A stretch of 36,647 bases of DNA from a virus. Taxonomy: Duplodnaviria > Caudoviricetes. Below, one piece after another: positions 31,031 through 36,647 of the stretch. Location of the stretch: IMG/VR virus record IMGVR_UViG_3300043173_000136, positions 1-36,647 of that record. One strand, written 5' to 3'. Both the position numbers and the translations under genes were made by a program. The notes beneath the pieces are model-generated. The model saw only the letters and a list, made by a program, of their open reading frames with translations, was not told where the DNA came from and ran no database searches. The number at the start of each line of letters is the position of its first letter. Positions within the stretch are counted from its first letter, which is position 1.

Positions 31031-33623
31031 CGTCGTTTTCCTCGTCTACCTCGTCTACCTCGGCGGCGTCCTCGTCGGCTACAATTTCTTGCGCGCTTTT
31101 GTAAACCTCGCTAGTTTCTACCGCCGTGCCGTGCGCCTCGGCTTGGGTCTTGCCGGTTTGCGCTTTCTTTAAATCGGTATCAGCCTCGATATTGTCGCGG
31201 GTGTACTCGCCGGTATGCTCGATTTCGGCTTGCTTGCGGTTGTCGCTGGCGATTTGCCCCTCGATACGCTTCAAATCTATTTGCTTTGCCATTTCGTCTA
31301 AGCGTTGTTTGCCTTGCGCTAGTTGGTGGTCCTGCGATTGTTTCTGGCTTTTTAGTTGCCCGTCTTGCTGCATTTCCTGGCCTTTGCGGTCTTGCTCTTT
31401 TCCGAGCGCCTCGGCTTGGGCTTGCGCGAGTATGGTTTGCGGATCGGGCGGCGGCGGTTGTGGCGGTTTGTATTCGTCGCTATCGGGGTCTACAAAAAAT
31501 TGCCGTACGTCGCCCAAGCCGGCCGAATTAACCATTTTTTCGAGCGCGTTATATATTTTACTTTCGTTAGACAAACCGCCGGCTAATGCCTCTTTTTGCA
31601 TACTTAGCAGTTGCACTAACAAACCCATCATTTGTTGCTTGTTGTTGAAACCGAGGCCGACGTTAACCGACATATCGGTACGCTCGCGCCAACCGTTCGG
31701 ATCGACGCTAACCCACTCGCCGCGAATTTTAACCGCCCTGGCGATATCCCAATGCGAGCGCAAAAGTTGGTGCACTTTGAGCATTAAAAACCGCATACCG
31801 GTTTCGGCAAAAATTCGCACGAGCATTTCTATACGCTGGCTAGCCGCGTCGAGTGCGCCGGTAAAGGCCGTCGCGGTGACGTCTTGCAGTTGGTTAGGGT
31901 CTAACTGCGCCATAGGCGACACGCCCGAGCGCATAGATACTTGCTCGCTAAAATGCTGGATAACCGGGAGTATTTCGCCGATAACCGATTGCGTCGGCTC
32001 GGGTACAAACGCGGTTTGAGCGTTGCCCCTAACCGGTATAAATTCGGCTTGCGTGTTTAAAAGGGCGTCCATTGTCGAACCGTCCTCGGTTAGCGAATCC
32101 TCGCTAAACACCTTGCGCCGAATATTGATTTTGTAAATGTTATCGAGCAATTGCCGCGTTAACGTACTCAATAAAATTTGCAAATCTTTAACGATATCGC
32201 CGTAGCTCATGCCGTTATGTTTGTGCTGCATGAGAATAGACGAGAGCGCTATCATTGGTTGGTAATTGGTTTCCTCATTCTCGAAAACCCGGTCGCCGAT
32301 AATAACCACGCGGCGAAACTCTGCGAGCCCGTCGCCGTCGAAATCAAACTTTGCGTAACACTCGTGCACCCAATAGGTGCGCATACTCGGGTCGTCCTCG
32401 TCCTCGGCGTCGGGGTCCTCGTCCTCGTAAAAAAGCCGGTTAGTGCGCTCGTCGTTCCATTGGTAGTCCTCGCCTAAACCAACTTGGTCTAATTCCTCGG
32501 CGTCGATACCCTCTAATATTAATTGCGTGTACGACTTGCGCACCCTATGGCAAACGAAATCGGCCTCGTCTAAATCTATCGACGTACAATCGTTGTCAAC
32601 TAAACATTCCTCGCCGGGCACGGGCTCGATACGCAACTCCATTATTTCCTTTGTCGTGCGTACCTTTAAGTCGAAAACCTCTAGCGGCACCTTTGGCCGG
32701 TTCGCGGCGCTTAACTTTATTTGCGGCGGGGGCGGCGGGGGCGGCGGTCCTGGCGGCGCGCCTTGCGGCCCGCCCGGCGGCATACCCGGCGGCGGCCCGC
32801 CTTGCGGTCCCGGCGGCGGCGGCGGCCCGCCTTGCGGCCCCGGCGGCGCACCTGGCGGCGCACCTTGCGGGCCCGGCGGCGGCCCCGGCGGCGGCGCTTG
32901 CATCGGCGGCGGGGGCGTCGTTTCTACGAGTATGGTGCGCGATTCTTGCTCTAATATGTCTACGTCGGGGTCGTCTACGAGCATTTGTAAACCTACTTTG
33001 TCTACCCCCGTAATTTTGCCGACGTCGGTTTCTACTGACTCTTTTATGTACGCCTTTATGTATCCGTTCGGAAACATTAACGCGTCTTTAAACCAATGAT
33101 GTAGCGATAAAAAGCCTTTGCCCTTGTTGGCTTTCAACGCGTAGTAATTAGTGATATCGGTTTCTTGGTCGGCTTGGTCCTCGTCCTCGGGGCCGGTCGG
33201 GTCGAAAACTACTACCTTGTCGCCCGAGGTAAATACGCGCAGTACCGACGGCAAAACCCATTCTATTGTTTCGAGTAATTCCCGCGTGACGAATTTAGAA
33301 TAACCGTCGCGCTCGGTGCCGTATTCCTTGCCAGTGTAGTAGTTAAAATTTTCTTGTCTGACTTGCGATAAATCGCCGTCCTCGTCGTTCATTGCTTGCC
33401 AGATTTTGCGCCCGAGGAAACCGACGATTTGTTGCTCGCTCATTTCCTCGTTTGGGCGCCGGCCGGAAAAGGCTAGATCATGGCGGGCGTGGCCGCCGCC
33501 CTTTTGCAACGAGGATTGAGTACCGCGATTTGCGGTGCCGCCGGTTGTGCCACTTGAGCCGCGCCCTCTCGGGCCGGCGCTCTTGCGGCTTGGTGCGTTT
33601 GCTTGCCCGCCTCGTAAGGCCAT
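31008..33623 (-). CDS. Portal protein (P22-like podoviral)
   Basis: YY-x-G…G-x-S-x-x-V…IEW-x-LPS-x-x-R-x-F-x-SGD, W-x-x-DAL-x-x-x-NG-x-x-K, D-x-DGDG-x-AE, D-x-Q…R-x-x-LDN-x-Y, TAT, R-x-FAETG, V-x-VGLG, Gln-rich barrel tail. Confidence 0.92.
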   Translation of the reverse strand: MALRGGQANAPSRKSAGPRGRGSSGTTGGTANRGTQSSLQKGGGHARHDLAFSGRRPNEEMSEQQIVGFLGRKIWQAMNDEDGDLSQVRQENFNYYTGKEYGTERDGYSKFVTRELLETIEWVLPSVLRVFTSGDKVVVFDPTGPEDEDQADQETDITNYYALKANKGKGFLSLHHWFKDALMFPNGYIKAYIKESVETDVGKITGVDKVGLQMLVDDPDVDILEQESRTILVETTPPPPMQAPPPGPPPGPQGAPPGAPPGPQGGPPPPPGPQGGPPPGMPPGGPQGAPPGPPPPPPPPQIKLSAANRPKVPLEVFDLKVRTTKEIMELRIEPVPGEECLVDNDCTSIDLDEADFVCHRVRKSYTQLILEGIDAEELDQVGLGEDYQWNDERTNRLFYEDEDPDAEDEDDPSMRTYWVHECYAKFDFDGDGLAEFRRVVIIGDRVFENEETNYQPMIALSSILMQHKHNGMSYGDIVKDLQILLSTLTRQLLDNIYKINIRRKVFSEDSLTEDGSTMDALLNTQAEFIPVRGNAQTAFVPEPTQSVIGEILPVIQHFSEQVSMRSGVSPMAQLDPNQLQDVTATAFTGALDAASQRIEMLVRIFAETGMRFLMLKVHQLLRSHWDIARAVKIRGEWVSVDPNGWRERTDMSVNVGLGFNNKQQMMGLLVQLLSMQKEALAGGLSNESKIYNALEKMVNSAGLGDVRQFFVDPDSDEYKPPQPPPPDPQTILAQAQAEALGKEQDRKGQEMQQDGQLKSQKQSQDHQLAQGKQRLDEMAKQIDLKRIEGQIASDNRKQAEIEHTGEYTRDNIEADTDLKKAQTGKTQAEAHGTAVETSEVYKSAQEIVADEDAAEVDEVDEENDDGRPSET
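32721..32919 (-). repeat. Pro/Gly-rich imperfect repeat inside the portal (4 x GPQG)
   Basis: PPPPMQAPPPGPPPGPQGAPPGAPPGPQGGPPPPPGPQGGPPPGMPPGGPQGAPPGPPPPPPPP. Confidence 0.9.
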
Positions 33624-33676
33624 AAATCTATACCACGTGCTCTAAATTCGAGCTAAGAATTGTGCCTTGGCGAGAC

Positions 33677-33718
33677 TTTGCCCGCGTGCCGCCGCTATCA
33701 CGACAACACGCGAGCAAA
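33677..33718 (-). other. 19-bp RNA hairpin upstream of the portal gene
   Basis: UUUGCUCGCGUGUUGUCGU-GAUA-GCGGCGGCACGCGGGCAAA pairs fully only on the - strand, using 5 G-U pairs. Confidence 0.65.
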
Positions 33719-33731
33719 TTGATACAGATAC

Positions 33732-34148
33732 TTAGCCGGTTGCGGTAATCGCGGCGGTTGTTAGCGCTCTACCATCGACATACCAGATAGCGCCGTCACT
33801 CTCGAAAGTGACCCAATCGCCGAGATTTTCCGCCGTATCGACAAAGTTAATGTTGTCGGCGGCGTCTACGGTAACAACCGTGCTTGCCACCATCAAAGCG
33901 CCTTCCAAGTTGTCGCCTTCGGCCGACGATACTACCGCGTCAGAAGTCAACCCGAAACCGACAACAACCTTGCACTTAAAGCCGACGTTTGTAACCGCCG
34001 GTAGCGTAATCGGGCCCGGTGCGGCGGCCCCCCACACAAAAGTTTTGTTATTGTCCAAACCCGGATCGAGAACTTTAGCCCCGGTAACTTGTTCCACCAT
34101 GCCGGTGTAATGTACGACGTCTTTAAATCTATCTGTAAGCCAACTCAT
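33732..34148 (-). CDS. Hypothetical beta-rich (possibly virion/decoration) protein
   Basis: GAGGA RBS; ITLPA-x-x-x-x-G…GDW-x-x-x-x-SDG-x-x-WYV pattern seen in phage structural domains. Confidence 0.7.
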   Translation of the reverse strand: MSWLTDRFKDVVHYTGMVEQVTGAKVLDPGLDNNKTFVWGAAAPGPITLPAVTNVGFKCKVVVGFGLTSDAVVSSAEGDNLEGALMVASTVVTVDAADNINFVDTAENLGDWVTFESDGAIWYVDGRALTTAAITATG

Positions 34149-34241
34149 TGTAAAATCCTCGCGTTAAATAGCCTTAACATGGACCGTGTGAGTCACCTTT
34201 CGGCGCCCCCGCCCGGCGTGTAACATAATATTCCCTGGCAC

Positions 34242-35822
34242 TTATACCACATGATCCGTATTAGGGTTGTAAATGCTGCCTTGGCGAGTTCTACGATTGG
34301 CGGCGTACTTGCGCCCGCCCGCGCCGTCTACCCCGCCGGCCTTGGCGGCTTGCTCTTTAAACGACGCGCCAGGCCCCCGGTAACCTTGGGCGAACTGCCT
34401 AAAAGCGTCGGCGCCGTTCCGTGCCCAATTCTTAGCCGGCGTCTCGCGGGTCGTCTTGTGTAAATCATCCCAAGTCCACTCATAACCGGACAAGGCCCGC
34501 ATACCAATTTCGCACCCTTCTTCGTCAAACCAACACGAATCGAATACCCGTCGCGTCATTTCTATGCCGTCGTTTAAGTGCTGTATACGCGGTACAACCG
34601 TTATCGGCGTCACGCCGGCGCGCGTCAAAATGCGGTGCCGCGATTCGTTGTGCAACGACGAAATATCGGTTACCTCGACGTCATGCGGTAGGTAGTGCCG
34701 GCCGTAATACCATTTGTGTTCCTCTTTTAATTCGAGTAGTTGCTGCGCGTACCACGACAAATCAATAAGCCTGTTTTCGAGGTAGTAAATAAATCTATGT
34801 TGCGTGCCTATATGTTGGTGAAACCAAATCGCCGTTACGTCATTTCGCCCCAAATCCCAAAATGTATTGACGGGTACGCCGCGCTCTATCGGCAACAAAC
34901 CTATGCGCCGTTGCTCGCGCGCCTTGCGTAACTGCGCCCCGTAAATAGCCAACTCGGTAGAACGCTCGAAAGCCTCGGGCGGCGTGCTCGGGTATTCTTG
35001 TTTCATTTTGTCGCCTTGCTCTAGCGACTTTTTGACGTACCACCATTTTTGCGGCAACTTTAATTCGATATCGTGCTTATCGCGCAATTCGATAAAGTAC
35101 GCCTCTAATTTCTCGGGTATATCTACTTTAGTATTTAGTACGTAGTCGGGGTGTTTCCACCACGTAAAAAAGAAAAATTTATAATCGAGTTCGGTAAATT
35201 CCTGATCGCCGTTTTTTACCGCTTGCGTGAGGTCGAGCGACCGCATACACATATCGTAGAAATCGCCGAAAGGCCCCTCGGCGGTAGACTCGATAAAAAC
35301 GAAATTGCCAGGCGCTACCGTGTTTAAAGTACCGCTGATAACCTCGCTCGCCTTGTCGGGGAATTTCGCGCACAACTTCCCAAACTCGGACACGTGCACA
35401 TATTGATAGGTGCCTGATCGGAGCGACGTACCAACTCGAATTTGTGACCCGTTACTAAAGCGTAAATGACGTTTGCTATCGCTAGTCGCGGTACGTGCAG
35501 TTTGCAAGTCTTTAGGTAAACGGTCGTAGGCGAATTTAATTTTATCATCGAAAAAAGCCTCGGCGTCCTCTTTTGTGTGCGCGACAATGCCGGCATTTTG
35601 GTTATCGTTGAATAGGCACCTATCGAGCATAAACAATTGAATAAAGGTAGTCATGCCCAATTGCCGCGCTTTCAGGATGCACGACAAATACCACATATTT
35701 TTATAAAGTAACGTTTGTGCCCAATTGCACTTAAACATTACGACGTCGCCGTTTTTGTCTTTTATGTAGTAAAGATTATTTAAACGCCACCACGGGTCGC
35801 TTAAACGGGCTTGGTAGTCCAC
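34242..35822 (-). CDS. terL: Terminase large subunit
   Basis: WRLNNLY-x-I, LKARQLGMTT (Walker A), HVSEFG (Walker B), IESTAEG, QEYP-x-x-x-x-EAF, FWDLG-x-x-D-x-TAIW, LPHD, ADAFR. Confidence 0.95.
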   Translation of the reverse strand: MDYQARLSDPWWRLNNLYYIKDKNGDVVMFKCNWAQTLLYKNMWYLSCILKARQLGMTTFIQLFMLDRCLFNDNQNAGIVAHTKEDAEAFFDDKIKFAYDRLPKDLQTARTATSDSKRHLRFSNGSQIRVGTSLRSGTYQYVHVSEFGKLCAKFPDKASEVISGTLNTVAPGNFVFIESTAEGPFGDFYDMCMRSLDLTQAVKNGDQEFTELDYKFFFFTWWKHPDYVLNTKVDIPEKLEAYFIELRDKHDIELKLPQKWWYVKKSLEQGDKMKQEYPSTPPEAFERSTELAIYGAQLRKAREQRRIGLLPIERGVPVNTFWDLGRNDVTAIWFHQHIGTQHRFIYYLENRLIDLSWYAQQLLELKEEHKWYYGRHYLPHDVEVTDISSLHNESRHRILTRAGVTPITVVPRIQHLNDGIEMTRRVFDSCWFDEEGCEIGMRALSGYEWTWDDLHKTTRETPAKNWARNGADAFRQFAQGYRGPGASFKEQAAKAGGVDGAGGRKYAANRRTRQGSIYNPNTDHVV

Positions 35823-36388
35823 TACTTTTCCTCTATCGGCGGCGGTAGCCCTGAATCTTTATTGCTAGCGCCCTTTAATAGCTCGGCTAGGTCGCCGGTA
35901 ACGCCGTGCTCGATTTGTTGCAAGTCGCCGTAAATTCGCGGCACGAGTTTAGCCGCGTACCATTTGCGGGTATCAATCCGCACGCGCGAGCGTTGTATAT
36001 GCTCGTTGTTGGCCTCGACGTACGGCTCGCCGTCTTTATCGTATTTAATTCGGTAGTCGCCGCTAACGTCGTCGGCAATCTCGAAAATTTCGTCTACGTA
36101 TAACTCGGCTTGCACTCGGCGCGCGTAGTAGTACGACTCGCGAAATTCTGTATTACGTTGGTCGGCGAGCCAACGCACAATAGTACGTTTACTCGGCATA
36201 CGCGGATCGGAGCAAATTTTATTGAGCGTTTGTTGCAGCATAATACGCTCGCAAATTTTCTCGCCTATCCGCGTGGTATAGGTAAAATTACCGTTACGCC
36301 GTATTTTGGTTTTTGTTTCGGGTACGGTACTCGTTACAACCGGGTGCAAAAAGCCAGGTTGCGGTAATTGGCGAGGCGGGGCGCTCAT
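35822..36388 (-). CDS. terS: Terminase small subunit (Sf6 gp1-like)
   Basis: ICERI…L-x-x-IC…MPS-x-x-T-x-x-x-WL…F-x-x-x-Y-x-x-AR…DEI-x-x-IAD…IDTRKW-x-A-x-KL-x-P-x-x-YG. Confidence 0.88.
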   Translation of the reverse strand: MSAPPRQLPQPGFLHPVVTSTVPETKTKIRRNGNFTYTTRIGEKICERIMLQQTLNKICSDPRMPSKRTIVRWLADQRNTEFRESYYYARRVQAELYVDEIFEIADDVSGDYRIKYDKDGEPYVEANNEHIQRSRVRIDTRKWYAAKLVPRIYGDLQQIEHGVTGDLAELLKGASNKDSGLPPPIEEK

Positions 36389-36645
36389 TAAAGGCTACTG
36401 CGGGCTACCCCGTTACGTTTGTCGATACTGCGCAGCGTGGCGGTACCGAGCATACCGCCCAAAATAACGTATAGCTCGGTAGAGTCTAATTTGGGCGCGC
36501 CTTTTAAATCGGCGTCGAAAAGAAACGCTACCCACATGATTAAGGGTAGTAATATAAAATTCCAAGCCAAAGCAAAACCGCATACCCAACCGATATAAGG
36601 ACGCCAGCCAGCAACGAATATGCTAGCGTGTTTAGCCTCTTGCTC
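36388..36645 (-). CDS. 3-TM holin (GTA-holin family), 5' truncated
   Basis: The frame is open to the window edge: EAKHASIFVAGWRPYIGWVCG…LGGMLG-x-x-x-LRS-x-DK-x-x-G. Confidence 0.85.
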   Translation of the reverse strand, partial: EQEAKHASIFVAGWRPYIGWVCGFALAWNFILLPLIMWVAFLFDADLKGAPKLDSTELYVILGGMLGTATLRSIDKRNGVARSSL

Positions 36646-36647
36646 AT

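Noticed and set aside
35380-35400. TerL Walker B reading HVSE rather than hhhhDE
   Set aside because: The H-x-SE form is normal for terminases with the LKARQ-x-G Walker A.
1-36647. Prophage boundaries, integrase, att sites or endolysin
   Set aside because: None are recognisable. Both ends cut through phage genes, so lifestyle and host cannot be determined from this window.

Overview
This window is most of a tailed dsDNA phage genome (podovirus-type, P22/APSE-like gene content), cut inside an ArdC-like gene on the left and a holin gene on the right. It has four blocks. (1) 1-1850 (+): a small accessory cassette array (ArdC-like antirestriction protein plus small unknown genes), punctuated by near-identical terminators, two perfect TGTGA-N6-TCACA boxes and a duplicated RBS leader, then a candidate replication origin at about 1850-2130. 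(2) 2135-11862 (-): replication module with Prim-Pol/helicase, HNH, family A DNA polymerase, putative SSB, DUF2800/Cas4-like nuclease and an RHH regulator. It also holds a Tat-signal protein and an Acb2-like anti-CBASS sponge domain fused to an unassigned N-terminal domain. (3) 11952-15523 (+): small, often Cys-rich genes, a SNF2 helicase and VRR-NUC. (4) 15465-36647 (-): holin, TerS, TerL, portal (with a Pro-rich insertion), scaffold, major capsid, head-tail proteins, ejection proteins and tail fibre. I saw no integrase, endolysin, tRNA or CRISPR array. The best leads are the Acb2 fusion (possible second, unknown sponge domain), the CRP-box cassette array with a possible anti-RBS small RNA, and structured RNA leaders before polA and the portal. 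All product calls come from motifs recognised by eye; no database search was run.
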